Source: Balanoglossus misakiensis (taxonomy: Eukaryota > Animalia > Hemichordata). Taken from it: a stretch of DNA of 64,000 nt. This document shows positions 1 to 15,000 of the stretch, in pieces. The notes beneath the pieces are model-generated. The model had not been told where the DNA came from. It ran no database searches and worked only from the letters and a program-made list of their open reading frames with translations. Location of the stretch: contig CM082592.2 in NCBI GenBank assembly GCA_040954595.2, positions 6,117,531 through 6,181,530 on the forward strand, given 5' to 3'. Positions within the stretch are counted from its first letter, which is position 1. Each line of letters starts with the position of its first letter. The translations under genes and the position numbers were made by a program.

Positions 1-3000
1 CTCATGAAAATCATCCAGAAATGTCAATTTTTCGACTTCGCGAAATTTCAAAATTTGGTGGTTTTTGGATAAAAACCATGGTTATAGCTCATGAAAATCA
101 TCCAGAAATGTCAATTTTTCGACTTCGCGAAATTTCAAAATTTGGTGGTTTTTGAATAAAAACCATGGGTTATAGCTCATGAAAATGATCCAGAAATGTC
201 AATTTTTCGACTTCGCGAAATTTCAAAATTTGGTGGTTTTTGGATAAAAACCATGGGTTATAGCTCATGAAAATCATCCAGAAATGTCAATTTTTCGACT
301 TCGCGAAATTTCAAAATTTGGTGGTTTTTGGATAAAAACCATGGGTTATAGCTCATGAAAATCATCCAGAAATGTCAATTTTTCGACTTCGCGAAATTTC
401 AAAATTTGGTGGTTTTTGGATAAAAACCATGGGTTATAGCTCATGAAAATCATCCAGAAATGTCAATTTTTCGACTTCGCGAAATTTCAAAATTTGGTGG
501 TTTTTGGATAAAAACCATGGGTTATAGCTCATGAAAATCATCCAGAAATGTCAATTTTTCGACTTCGCGAAATTTCAAAATTTGGTGGTTTTTGGATAAA
601 AACCATGGGTTATAGCTCATGAAAATCATCCAGAAATGTCAATTTTTTGACTTCGCGAAATTTCAAAATTTGGTGGTTTTTGGATAAAAACCATGGGTTA
701 TAGCTCATGAAAATCATCCAGAAATGTCAATTTTTCGACCTCGCGAAATTTCAAATAAAAACCATGGGTTATAGCTCATGAAAATCATCCAGAAATGTCA
801 ATTTTTTCGATTTCGCGAAATTTCAAAATTTGGTGGTTTTTGGATAAAAACCATGGGTTTATAGCTCATGAAAATCATCCAGAAATGTCAATTTTTCGAC
901 TTCGCGAAATTTCAAAATTTGGTGGTTTTTGGATAAAAACCATGGGTTATAGCTCATGAAAATTATCCAGAAATGTCAATTTTTCGACTTCGCGAAATTT
1001 CAAAATTTGGTGGTTTTTGATAAAAACCATGGGTTATAGCTCATGAAAATCATCCAGAAATGTCAATTTTTCGACTTCGCGAAATTTCAAAATTTGGTGG
1101 TTTTTGGATAAAAACCATGGGTTATAGCTCATGAAAATCATCCAGAAATGTCAATTTTTCGACTTCGCGAAATTTCAAAATTTGGTGGTTTTTGGATAAA
1201 AACCATGGGTTATAGCTCATGAAAATCATCCAGAAATGTCAATTTTTCGACTTCGCGAAATTTCAAAATTTGGTGGTTTTTGGATAAAAACCATGGGTTA
1301 TAGCTCATGAAAATCATCCAGAAATGTCAATTTTTTGACTTCGCGAAATTTCAAAATTTGGTGGTTTTTGGATAAAAACCATGGGTTATAGCTCATGAAA
1401 ATCATCCAGAAATGTCAATTTTTCGACTTCGCGAAATTTCAAAATTTGGTGGTTTTTGGATAAAAACCATGGGTTATAGCTCATGAAAATCATCCAGAAA
1501 TGTCAATTTTTCGACTTCGCGAAATTTCAAAATTTGGTGGTTTTTGGATAAAAACCATGGGTCATAGCTCATGAAAATCATCCAGAAATGTCAATTTTTC
1601 GACTTCGCGAAATTTCAAAATTTGGTGGTTTTTGGATAAAAACCATGGGTTATAGCTCATGAAAATCATCCAGAAATGTCAATTTTTCGACTTCGCGAAA
1701 TTTCAAAATTTGGTGGTTTTTGGATAAAAACCATGGGTTATAGCTCATGAAAATCATCCAGAAATGTCAATTTTTCGACTTCGCGAAATTTCAAAATTTG
1801 GTGGTTTTTGGATAAAAACCATGGGTTATAGCTCATGAAAATCATCCAGAAATGTCAATTTTTCGACTTCGCGAAATTTCAAAATTTGGTGGTTTTTGGA
1901 TAAAAACCATGGGTTATAGCTCATGAAAATCATCCAGAAATGTCAATTTTTCGACTTCGCGAAATTTCAAAATTTGGTGGTTTTTGGATAAAAACCATGG
2001 GTTATAGCTCATGAAAATCATCCAGAAATGTCAATTTTTCGACTTCGCGAAATTTCAAAATTTGGTGGTTTTTGGATAAAAACCATGGGTTATAGCTCAT
2101 GAAAATCATCCAGAAATGTCAATTTTTCGACTTCGCGAAATTTCAAAATTTGGTGGTTTTTGGATAAAAACCATGGGTTATAGCTCATGAAAATCATCCA
2201 GAAATGTCAATTTTTCGACTTCGCGAAATTTCAAAATTTGGTGGTTTTTGGATAAAAACCATGGGTCATAGCTCATGAAAATCATCCAGAAATGTCAATT
2301 TTTCGACTTCGCGAAATTTCAAAATTTGGTGGTTTTTGGATAAAAACCATGGGTCATAGCTCATGAAAATCATCCAGAAATGTCAATTTTTCGACTTCGC
2401 GAAATTTCAAAATTTGGTGGTTTTTGGATAAAAACCATGGGTTATAGCTCATGAAAATCATCCAGAAATGTCAATTTTTCGACTTCGCGAAATTTCAAAA
2501 TTTGGTGGTTTTTGGATAAAAACCATGGGTTATAGCTCATGAAAATCATCCAGAAATGTCAATTTTTCGACTTCGCGAAATTTCAAAATTTGGTGGTTTT
2601 TGAATAAAAACCATGGGTTATAGCTCATGAAAATGATCCAGAAATGTCAATTTTTCGACTTCGCGAAATTTCAAAATTTGGTGGTTTTTGGATAAAAACC
2701 ATGGGTTATAGCTCATGAAAATCATCCAGAAATGTCAATTTTTCGACTTCGCGAAATTTCAAAATTTGGTGGTTTTTGGATAAAAACCATGGGTTATAGC
2801 TCATGAAAATCATCCAGAAATGTCAATTTTTCGACTTCGCGAAATTTCAAAATTTGGTGGTTTTTGGATAAAAACCATGGGTTATAGCTCATGAAAATCA
2901 TCCAGAAATGTCAATTTTTCGACTTCGCGAAATTTCAAAATTTGGTGGTTTTTGGATAAAAACCATGGGTTATAGCTCATGAAAATCATCCAGAAATGTC

Positions 3001-6000
3001 AATTTTTCGACTTCGCGAAATTTCAAAATTTGGTGGTTTTTGGATAAAAACCATGGGTTATAGCTCATGAAAATCATCCAGAAATGTCAATTTTTTGACT
3101 TCGCGAAATTTCAAAATTTGGTGGTTTTTGGATAAAAACCATGGGTTATAGCTCATGAAAATCATCCAGAAATGTCAATTTTTCGACCTCGCGAAATTTC
3201 AAATAAAAACCATGGGTTATAGCTCATGAAAATCATCCAGAAATGTCAATTTTTCGATTTCGCGAAATTTCAAAATTTGGTGGTTTTTGGATAAAAACCA
3301 TGGGTTATAGCTCATGAAAATCATCCAGAAATGTCAATTTTTCGACTTCGCGAAATTTCAAAATTTGGTGGTTTTTGGATAAAAACCATGGGTTATAGCT
3401 CATGAAAATCATCCAGAAATGTCAATTTTTCGACTTCGCGAAATTTCAAAATTTGGTGGTTTTTGGATAAAAACCATGGGTTATAGCTCATGAAAATCAT
3501 CCAGAAATGTCAATTTTTCGACTTCGCGAAATTTCAAAATTTGGTGGTTTTTGGATAAAAACCATGGGTTATAGCTCATGAAAATCATCCAGAAATGTCA
3601 ATTTTTCGACTTCGCGAAATTTCAAAATTTGGTGGTTTTTGGATAAAAACCATGGGTTATAGCTCATGAAAATCATCCAGAAATGTCAATTTTTCGACTT
3701 CGCGAAATTTCAAAATTTGGTGGTTTTTGGATAAAAACCATGGGTTATAGCTCATGAAAATCATCCAGAAATGTCAATTTTTTGACTTCGCGAAATTTCA
3801 AAATTTGGTGGTTTTTGGATAAAAACCATGGGTTATAGCTCATGAAAATCATCCAGAAATGTCAATTTTTCGACTTCGCGAAATTTCAAAATTTGGTGGT
3901 TTTTGGATAAAAACCATGGGTTATAGCTCATGAAAATCATCCAGAAATGTCAATTTTTCGACTTCGCGAAATTTCAAAATTTGGTGGTTTTTGGATAAAA
4001 ACCATTGGTCATAGCTCATGAAAATCATCCAGAAATGTCAATTTTTCGACTTCGCGAAATTTCAAAATTTGGTGGTTTTTGGATAAAAACCATGGGTTAT
4101 AGCTCATGAAAATCATCCAGAAATGTCAATTTTTCGACTTCGCGAAATTTCAAAATTTGGTGGTTTTTGGATAAAAACCATGGGTTATAGCTCATGAAAA
4201 TGATCCAGAAATGTCAATTTTTCGACTTCGCGAAATTTCAAAATTTGGTGGTTTTTGGATAAAAACCATGGGTTATAGCTCATGAAAATCATCCAGAAAT
4301 GTCAATTTTTCGACTTCGCGAAATTTCAAAATTTGGTGGTTTTTGGATAAAAACCATGGGTTATAGCTCATGAAAATCATCCAGAAATGTCAATTTTTCG
4401 ACTTCGCGAAATTTCAAAATTTGGTGGTTTTTGGATAAAAACCATGGGTTATAGCTCATGAAAATCATCCAGAAATGTCAATTTTTCGACTTCGCGAAAT
4501 TTCAAAATTTGGTGGTTTTTGGATAAAACCATGGGTTATAGCTCATGAAAATCATCCAGAAATGTCAATTTTTCGACTTCGCGAAATTTCAAAATTTGGT
4601 GGTTTTTGGATAAAAACCATGGGTTATAGCTCATGAAAATCATCCAGAAATGTCAATTTTTCGACTTCGCGAAATTTCAAAATTTGGTGGTTTTTGGATA
4701 AAAACCATGGGTTATAGCTCATGAAAATCATCCAGAAATGTCAATTTTTCGACCTCGCGAAATTTCAAAATTTGGTGGTTTTTGGATAAAAACCATGGGT
4801 TATAGCTCATGAAAATCATCCAGAAATGTCAATTTTTCGACTTCGCGAAATTTCAAAATTTGGTGGTTTTTGGATAAAAACCATGGGTTATAGCTCATGA
4901 AAATCATCCAGAAATGTCAATTTTTCGACTTCGCGAAATTTCAAAATTTGGTGGTTTTTGGATAAAAACCATGGGTTATAGCTCATGAAAATCATCCAGA
5001 AATGTCAATTTTTCGACTTCGCGAAATTTCAAAATTTGGTGGTTTTTGGATAAAAACCATGGGTTATAGCTCATGAAAATCATCCAGAAATGTCAATTTT
5101 TCGACTTCGCGAAATTTCAAAATTTGGTGGTTTTTGGATAAAAACCATGGGTTATAGCTCATGAAAATCATCCAGAAATGTCAATTTTTTGACTTCGCGA
5201 AATTTCAAAATTTGGTGGTTTTTGGATAAAAACCAAGGGTTATAGCTCATGAAAATCATCCAGAAATTTCAATTTTTCGACTTTGCGAAATTTCAAAATT
5301 TGGTGGTTTTTGGATAAAAACCATGGGTTATAGCTCATGAAAATCATCCAGAAATTTCAATTTTTCGACTTCGCGAAATTTCAAAATTTGGTGGTTTTCG
5401 GATAAAAACCATGGGTTATAGCTCATGAAAATCATCCAGAAATGTCAATTTTTCGACTTCGCGAAATTTCAAAATTTGGTGGTTTTTGGAAAAAAACCAT
5501 GGGTTATAGCTCATGAAAATCATCCAGAAATGTCAATTTTTCGACTTCGCGAATTTTCAAAATTTGGTGGTTTTTGGATAAAAACCATGGGTTATAGCTC
5601 ATGAAAATCATCCAGAAATGTTAATTTTTCGACTTCGCGAAATTTCAAAATTTGGTGGTTTTTGGATAAAAACCATGGGTTATAGCTCATGAAAATCATC
5701 CAGAAATGTCAATTTTTCGACTTCGCGAAATTTCAAAATTTGGTGGTTTTTGGATAAAAACCATGGGTTATAGCTCATGAAAATCATCCAGAAATGTCAA
5801 TTTTTCGACTTCGCGAAATTTCAAAATTTGGTGGTTTTTGGATAAAAACCATGGGTTATAGCTCATGAAAATCATCCAGAAATGTCAATTTTTCGACTTC
5901 GCGAAATTTCAAAATTTGGTGGTTTTTGGATAAAAACCATGGGTTATAGCTCATGAAAATCATCCAGAAATGTCAATTTTTCGACTTCGCGAAATTTCAT

Positions 6001-9000
6001 AATTTGGTGGTTTTTGGATAAAAACCATGGGTTATAGCTCATGAAAATCATCCAGAAATGTCAATTTTTCGACTTCGCGAAATTTCAAAATTTGGTGGTT
6101 TTTGGATAAAAACCATGGGTTATAGCTCATGAAAATCATCCAGAAATGTCAATTTTTTGACTTCGCGAAATTTCAAAATTTGGTGGTTTTTGGATAAAAA
6201 CCATGGGTTATAGCTCATGAAAATCATCCAGAAATGTCAATTTTTCGACTTCGCGAAATTTCAAAATTTGGTGGTTTTTGGATAAAAACCATGGGTTATA
6301 GCTCATGAAAATCATCCAGAAATGTCAATTTTTCGACTTCGCGAAATTTCAAAATTTGGTGGTTTTTGGATAAAAACCATGGGTTATAGCTCATGAAAAT
6401 CATCCAGAAATGTCAATTTTTCGACTTCGCGAAATTTCAAAATTTGGTGGTTTTTGGATAAAAACCATGGGTTATAGCTCATGAAAATCATCCAGAAATG
6501 TCAATTTTTCGACTTCGCGAAATTTCAAAATTTGGTGGTTTTTGGATAAAAACCATGGGTTATAGCTCATGAAAATCATCCAGAAATGTCAATTTTTCGA
6601 CTTCGCGAAATTTCAAAATTTGGTGGTTTTTGGATAAAAACCATGGGTTATAGCTCATGAAAATCATCCAGAAATGTCAATTTTTCGACTTCGCGAAATT
6701 TCAAAATTTGGTGGTTTTTGATAAAAACCATGGGTTATAGCTCATGAAAATCATCCAGAAATGTCAATTTTTCGACTTCGCGAAATTTCAAAATTTGGTG
6801 GTTTTTGGATAAAAACCATGGGTTATAGCTCATGAAAATCATCCAGAAATGTCAATTTTTCGACTTCGCGAAATTTCAAAATTTCGTGGTTTTTGAATAA
6901 AAACCATGGGTTATAGCTCATGAAAATCATCCAGAAATGTCAATTTTTCGACTTCGCGAAATTTCATAATTTGGTGGTTTTTGGATAAAAACCATGGGTT
7001 ATAGCTCATGAAAATCATCCAGAAATGTCAATTTTTCGACTTCGCGAAATTTCAAAATTTGGTGGTTTTTGGATAAAAACCATGGGTTATAGCTCATGAA
7101 AATCATCCAGAAATGTCAATTTTTTGACTTCGCGTAATTTCAAAATTTGGTGGTTTTTGGATAAAAACCATGGGTTATAGCTCATGAAAATCATCCAGAA
7201 ATGTCAATTTTTCGACTTCGCGAAATTTCAAAATTTGGTGGTTTTTGGATAAAAACCATGGGTTATAGCTCATGAAAATCATCCAGAAATGTCAATTTTT
7301 CGACTTCGCGAAATTTCAAAATTTGGTGGTTTTTGGATAAAAACCATGGGTTATAGCTCATGAAAATCATCCAGAAATGTCAATTTTTCGACTTCGCGAA
7401 ATTTCAAAATTTGGTGGTTTTTGGATAAAAACCATGGGTTATAGCTCATGAAAATCATCCAGAAATGTCAATTTTTCGACTTCGCGAAATTTCAAAATTT
7501 GGTGGTTTTTGGATAAAAACCATGGGTTATAGCTCATGAAAATCATCCAGAAATGTCAATTTTTCGACTTCGCGAAATTTCAAAATTTGGTGGTTTTTGA
7601 ATAAAAACCATGGGTTATAGCTCATGAAAATCATCCAGAAATGTCAATTTTTCGACTTCGCGAAATTTCAAAATTTGGTGGTTTTTGGATAAAAACCATG
7701 GGTTATAGCTCATGAAAATCATCCAGAAATGTCAATTTTTCGACTTCGCGAAATTTCAAAATTTGGTGGTTTTTGGATAAAAACCATGGGTTATAGCTCA
7801 TGAAAATCATCCAGAAATGTCAATTTTTCGACTTCGCGAAATTTCAAAATTTGGTGGTTTTTGGATAAAAACCATGGGTTATAGCTCATGAAAATCATCC
7901 AGAAATGTCAATTTTTCGACTTCGCGAAATTTCAAAATTTGGTGGTTTTTGGATAAAAACCATGGGTTATAGCTCATGAAAATCATCCAGAAATGTCAAT
8001 TTTTCGACTTCGCGAAATTTCATAATTTGGTGGTTTTTGGATAAAAACCATGGGTTATAGCTCATGAAAATCATCCAGAAATGTCAATTTTTCGACTTCG
8101 CGAAATTTCAAAATTTGGTGGTTTTTGGATAAAAACCATGGGTTATAGCTCATGAAAATCATCCAGAAATGTCAATTTTTTGACTTCGCGAAATTTCAAA
8201 ATTTGGTGGTTTTTGGATAAAAACCATGGGTTATAGCTCATGAAAATCATCCAGAAATGTCAATTTTTCGACTTCGCGAAATTTCAAAATTTGGTGGTTT
8301 TTGGATAAAAACCATGGGTTATAGCTCATGAAAATCATCCAGAAATGTCAATTTTTCGACTTCGCGAAATTTCAAAATTTGGTGGTTTTTGGATAAAAAC
8401 CATGGGTTATAGCTCATGAAAATCATCCAGAAATGTCAATTTTTCGACTTCGCGAAATTTCAAAATTTGGTGGTTTTTGGATAAAAACCATGGGTTATAG
8501 CTCATGAAAATCATCCAGAAATGTCAATTTTTCGACTTCGCGAAATTTCAAAATTTGGTGGTTTTTGGATAAAAACCATGGGTTATAGCTCATGAAAATC
8601 ATCCAGAAATGTCAATTTTTCGACTTCGCGAAATTTCAAAATTTGGTGGTTTTTGGATAAAAACCATGGGTTATAGCTCATGAAAATCATCCAGAAATGT
8701 CAATTTTTCGACTTCGCGAAATTTCAAAATTTCGTGGTTTTTGAATAAAAACCATGGGTTATAGCTCATGAAAATCATCCAGAAATGTCAATTTTTCGAC
8801 TTTGCGAAATTTCATAATTTGGTAGTTTTTGGATAAAAACCATGGGTTATAGCTCATGAAAATCATCCAGAAATGTCAATTTTTCGACTTCGCGAAATTT
8901 CAAAATTTGGTGGTTTTTGGATAAAAACCATGGGTTATAGCTCATGAAAATCATCCAGAAATGTCAATTTTTCGACTTCGCGAAATTTCAAAATTTGGTG

Positions 9001-12000
9001 GTTTTTGGATAAAAACCATGGGTTATAGCTCATGAAAATCATCCAGAAATGTCAATTTTTCGACTTCGCGAAATTTCAAAATTTGGTGGTTTTTGGATAA
9101 AAACCATGGGTTATAGCTCATGAAAATCATCCAGAAATGTCAATTTTTCGACTTCGCGAAATTTCAAAATTTGGTGGTTTTTGGATAAAAACCATGGGTT
9201 ATAGCTCATGAAAATCATCCAGAAATGTCAATTTTTCGACTTCGCGAAATTTCAAAATTTGGTGGTTTTTGGATAAAAACCATGGGTTATAGCTCATGAA
9301 AATCATCCAGAAATGTCAATTTTTCGACTTCGCGAAATTTCAAAATTTGGTGGTTTTTGGATAAAAACCATGGGTTATAGCTCATGAAAATCATCCAGAA
9401 ATGTCAATTTTTCGACTTCGCGAAATTTCAAAATTTGGTGGTTTTTGAATAAAAACCATGGGTTATAGCTCATGAAAATCATCCAGAAATGTCAATTTTT
9501 CGACTTCGCGAAATTTCAAAATTTGGTGGTTTTTGGATAAAAACCATGGGTTATAGCTCATGAAAATCATCCAGAAATGTCAATTTTTCGACTTCGCGAA
9601 ATTTCAAAATTTGGTGGTTTTTGGATAAAAACCATGGGTTATAGCTCATGAAAATCATCCAGAAATGTCAATTTTTCGACTTCGCGAAATTTCAAAATTT
9701 GGTGGTTTTTGGATAAAAACCATGGGTTATAGCTCATGAAAATCATCCAGAAATGTCAATTTTTCGACTTCGCGAAATTTCAAAATTTGGTGGTTTTTGG
9801 ATAAAAACCATGGGTTATAGCTCATGAAAATCATCCAGAAATGTCAATTTTTCGACTTCGCGAAATTTCAAAATTTGGTGGTTTTTGGATAAAAACCATG
9901 GGTTATAGCTCATGAAAATCATCCAGAAATGTCAATTTTTCGACTTCGCGAAATTTCAAAATTTGGTGGTTTTTGGATAAAAACCATGGGTTATAGCTCA
10001 TGAAAATCATCCAGAAATGTCAATTTTTCGACTTCGCGAAATTTCAAAATTTGGTGGTTTTTGGATAAAAACCATGGGTTATAGCTCATGAAAATCATCC
10101 AGAAATGTCAATTTTTCGACTTCGCGAAATTTCAAAATTTGGTGGTTTTTGGATAAAAACCATGGGTTATAGCTCATGAAAATCATCCAGAAATGTCAAT
10201 TTTTCGACTTCGCGAAATTTCATAATTTGGTGGTTTTTGGATAAAAACCATGGGTTATAGCTCATGAAAATCATCCAGAAATGTCAATTTTTCGACTTCG
10301 CGAAATTTCAAAATTTGGTGGTTTTTGGATAAAAACCATGGGTTATAGCTCATGAAAATCATCCAGAAATGTCAATTTTTTGACTTCGCGAAATTTCAAA
10401 ATTTGGTGGTTTTTGGATAAAAACCATGGGTTATAGCTCATGAAAATCATCCAGAAATGTCAATTTTTCGACTTCGCGAAATTTCAAAATTTGGTGGTTT
10501 TTGGATAAAAACCATGGGTTATAGCTCATGAAAATCATCCAGAAATGTCAATTTTTCGACTTCGCGAAATTTCAAAATTTGGTGGTTTTTGGATAAAAAC
10601 CATGGGTTATAGCTCATGAAAATCATCCAGAAATGTCAATTTTTCGACTTCGCGAAATTTCAAAATTTGGTGGTTTTTGGATAAAAACCATGGGTTATAG
10701 CTCATGAAAATCATCCAGAAATGTCAATTTTTCGACTTCGCGAAATTTCAAAATTTGGTGGTTTTTGGATAAAAACCATGGGTTATAGCTCATGAAAATC
10801 ATCCAGAAATGTCAATTTTTCGACTTCGCGAAATTTCAAAATTTGGTGGTTTTTGGATAAAAACCATGGGTTATAGCTCATGAAAATCATCCAGAAATGT
10901 CAATTTTTCGACTTCGCGAAATTTCAAAATTTGGTGGTTTTTGGATAAAAACCATGGGTCATAGCTCATGAAAATCATCCAGAAATGTCAATTTTTCGAC
11001 TTCGCGAAATTTCAAAATTTGGTGGTTTTTGGATAAAAACCATGGGTTATAGCTCATGAAAATGATCCAGAAATGTCAATTTTTCGACTTCGCGAAATTT
11101 CAAAATTTGGTGGTTTTTGGATAAAAACCATGGGTTATAGCTCATGAAAATCATCCAGAAATGTCAATTTTTCGACTTCGCGAAATTTCAAAATTTGGTG
11201 GTTTTTGGATAAAAACCATGGGTTATAGCTCATGAAAATCATCCAGAAATGTCAATTTTTCGACTTCGCGAAATTTCAAAATTTGGTGGTTTTTGGATAA
11301 AAACCATGGGTTATAGCTCATGAAAATCATCCAGAAATGTCAATTTTTCGACTTCGCGAAATTTCAAAATTTGGTGGTTTTTGGATAAAAACCATGGGTT
11401 ATAGCTCATGAAAATCATCCAGAAATGTCAATTTTTCGACTTCGCGAAATTTCAAAATTTCGTGGTTTTTGAATAAAAACCATGGGTTATAGCTCATGAA
11501 AATCATCCAGAAATGTCAATTTTTCGACTTCGCGAAATTTCAAAATTTGGTGGTTTTTGGATAAAAACCATGGGTTATAGCTCATGAAAATCATCCAGAA
11601 ATGTCAATTTTTCGACTTCGCGAAATTTCAAAATTTGGTGGTTTTTGGATAAAAACTATGGGTTATAGCTCATGAAAATCATCCAGAAATGTCAATTTTT
11701 CGACTTCGCGAAATTTCAAAATTTGGTGGTTTTTGGATAAAAACCATGGGTTATAGCTCATGAAAATCATCCAGAAATGTCAATTTTTCGACTTCGCGAA
11801 ATTTCAAAATTTGGTGGTTTTTGGATAAAAACCATGGGTTATAGCTCATGAAAATCATCCAGAAATGTCAATTTTTCGACTTCGCGAAATTTCAAAATTT
11901 GGTGGTTTTTGGATAAAAACTATGGGTTATAGCTCATGAAAATCATCCAGAAATGTCAATTTTTCGACTTCGCGAAATTTCAAAATTTGGTGGTTTTCGG

Positions 12001-15000
12001 ATAAAAACCATGGGTTATAGCTCATGAAAATCATCCAGAAATGTCAATTTTTCGACTTCGCGAAATTTCAAAATTTGGTGGTTTTTGGATAAAAACCATG
12101 GGTTATAGCTCATGAAAATCATCCAGAAATGTCAATTTTTCGACTTCGCGAAATTTCAAAATTTGGTGGTTTTTGGATAAAAACCATGGGTTATAGCTCA
12201 TGAAAATCATCCAGAAATGTCAATTTTTCGACTTCGCGAAATTTCAAAATTTGGTGGTTTTTGGATAAAAACCATGGGTTATAGCTCATGAAAATCATCC
12301 AGAAATGTCAATTTTTCGACTTCGCGAAATTTCAAAATTTGGTGGTTTTTGGATAAAAACCATGGGTTATAGCTCATGAAAATCATCCAGAAATGTCAAT
12401 TTTTTACTTCGCGAAATTTCAAAATTTGGTGGTTTTTGGATAAAAACCATGGGTTATAGCTCATGAAAATCATCCAGAAATGTCAATTTTTCGACTTCGC
12501 GAAATTTCAAAATTTGGTGGTTTTAGGATAAAAACCATGGGTTATAGCTCATGAAAATCATCCAGAAATGTCAATTTTTCGACTTCGCGAAATTTCAAAA
12601 TTTGGTGGTTTTTGGATAAAAACCATGGGTTATAGCTCATGAAAATCATCCAGAAATGTCAATTTTTCGACTTCGCGAAATTTCAAAATTTGGTGGTTTT
12701 TGGATAAAAACCATGGGTTATAGCTCATGAAAATCATCCAGAAATGTCAATTTTTCGACTTCGCGAAATTTCAAAATTTGGTGGTTTTTGGATAAAAACC
12801 ATGGGTTATAGCTCATGAAAATCATCCAGAAATGTCAATTTTTCGACTTCGCGAAATTTCAAAATTTGGTGGTTTTTGGATAAAAAACCATGGGTTATAG
12901 CTCATGAAAATCATCCAGAAATGTCAATTTTTCGACTACGCGAAATTTCAAAATTTGGTGGTTTTTGGATAAAAACTATGGGTTATAGCTCATGAAAATC
13001 ATCCAGAAATGTCAATTTTTCGACTTCGCGAAATTTCAAAATTTGGTGGTTTTCGGATAAAAACCATGGGTTATAGCTCATGAAAATCATCCAGAAATGT
13101 CAATTTTTCGACTTCGCGAAATTTCAAAATTTGGTGGTTTTTGGATAAAAACCATGGGTTATAGCTCATGAAAATCATCCAGAAATGTCAATTTTTCGAC
13201 TTCGCGAAATTTCAAAATTTAGTGGTTTTTGGATAAAAACCATGGGTTATAGCTCATGAAAATCATCCAGAAATGTCAATTTTTCGACTTCGCGAAATTT
13301 CAAAATTTGGTGGTTTTTGGATAAAAACCATGGGTTATAGCTCATGAAAATCATCCAGAAATGTCAATTTTTCGACTTCGCGAAATTTCAAAATTTGGTG
13401 GTTTTTGGATAAAAACCATGGGTTATAGCTCATGAAAATCATCCAGAAATGTCAATTTTTCGACTTCGCGAAATTTCAAAATTTGGTGGTTTTTGGATAA
13501 AAACCATGGGTTATAGCTCATGAAAATCATCCAGAAATGTCAATTTTTCGACTTCGCGAAATTTCAAAATTTGGTGGTTTTCGGATAAAAACCATGGGTT
13601 ATAGCTCATGAAAATCATCCAGAAATGTCAATTTTTCGACTTCGCGAAATTTCAAAATTTGGTGGTTTTTGGATAAAAACCATGGGTTATAGCTCATGAA
13701 AATCATCCAGAAATGTCAATTTTTCGACTTCGCGAAATTTCAAAATTTAGTGGTTTTTGGATAAAAACCATGGGTTATAGCTCATGAAAATCATCCAGAA
13801 ATGTCAATTTTTCGACTTCGCGAAATTTCAAAATTTGGTGGTTTTTGGATAAAAACCATGGGTTATAGCTCATGAAAATCATCCAGAAATGTCAATTTTT
13901 CGACTTCGCGAAATTTCAAAATTTGGTGGTTTTTGGATAAAAACCATGGGTTATAGCTCATGAAAATCATCCAGAAATGTCAATTTTTCGACTTCGCGAA
14001 ATTTCAAAATTTGGTGGTTTTTGGATAAAAACCATGGGTTATAGCTCATGAAAATCATCCAGAAATGTCAATTTTTCGACTTCGCGAAATTTCAAAATTT
14101 GGTGGTTTTTGGATAAAAACCATGGGTTATTGCTCATGAAAATCATCCAGAAATGTCAATTTTTCGACTTCGCGAAATTTCAAAATTTGGTGGTTCTGGA
14201 TAAAAACCATGGGTTATAGCTCATGAAAATCATCCAGAAATGTCAATTTTTCGACTTCGCGAAATTTCAAAATTTGGTGGTTTTTGGATAAAAACCATGG
14301 GTTATAGCTCATGAAAATCATCCAGAAATGTCAATTTTTCGACTTCGCGAAATTTCAAAATTTGGTGGTTTTTGGATAAAAACCATGGGTTATAGCTCAT
14401 GAAAATCATCCAGAAATGTCAATTTTTCGACTTCGCGAAATTTCAAAATTTGGTGGTTTTTGGATAAAAACCATGGGTTATAGCTCATGAAAATCATCCA
14501 GAAATGTCAATTTTTCGACTTCGCGAAATTTCAAAATTTGGTGGTTTTTGGATAAAAACCATGGGTTATTGCTCATGAAAATCATCCAGAAATGTCAATT
14601 TTTCGACTTCGCGAAATTTCAAAATTTGGTGGTTCTGGATAAAAACCATGGGTTATAGCTCATGAAAATCATCCAGAAATGTCAATTTTTCGACTTCGCG
14701 AAATTTCAAAATTTGGTGGTTTTTGGATAAAAACCATGGGTTATAGCTCATGAAAATCATCCAGAAATGTCAATTTTTCGACTTCGCGAAATTTCAAAAT
14801 TTGGTGGTTTTTGGATAAAAACCATGGGTTATAGCTCATGAAAATCATCCAGAAATGTCAATTTTTTGACTTCGCGAAATTTCAAAATTTGGTGGTTTTT
14901 GGATAAAAACCATTGGTTATAGCTCATGAAAATCATCCAGAAATGTCAATTTTTCGACTTCGCGAATTTTCAAAATTTAGTGGTTTTTGGATAAAAACCA

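Noticed and set aside
76-12890. Single-base indel monomers in homopolymers (e.g. ~81, 806, 860, 1019, 4528, 6720, 12885)
   Set aside because: These cannot be distinguished from long-read homopolymer errors, so they were not used as evidence.
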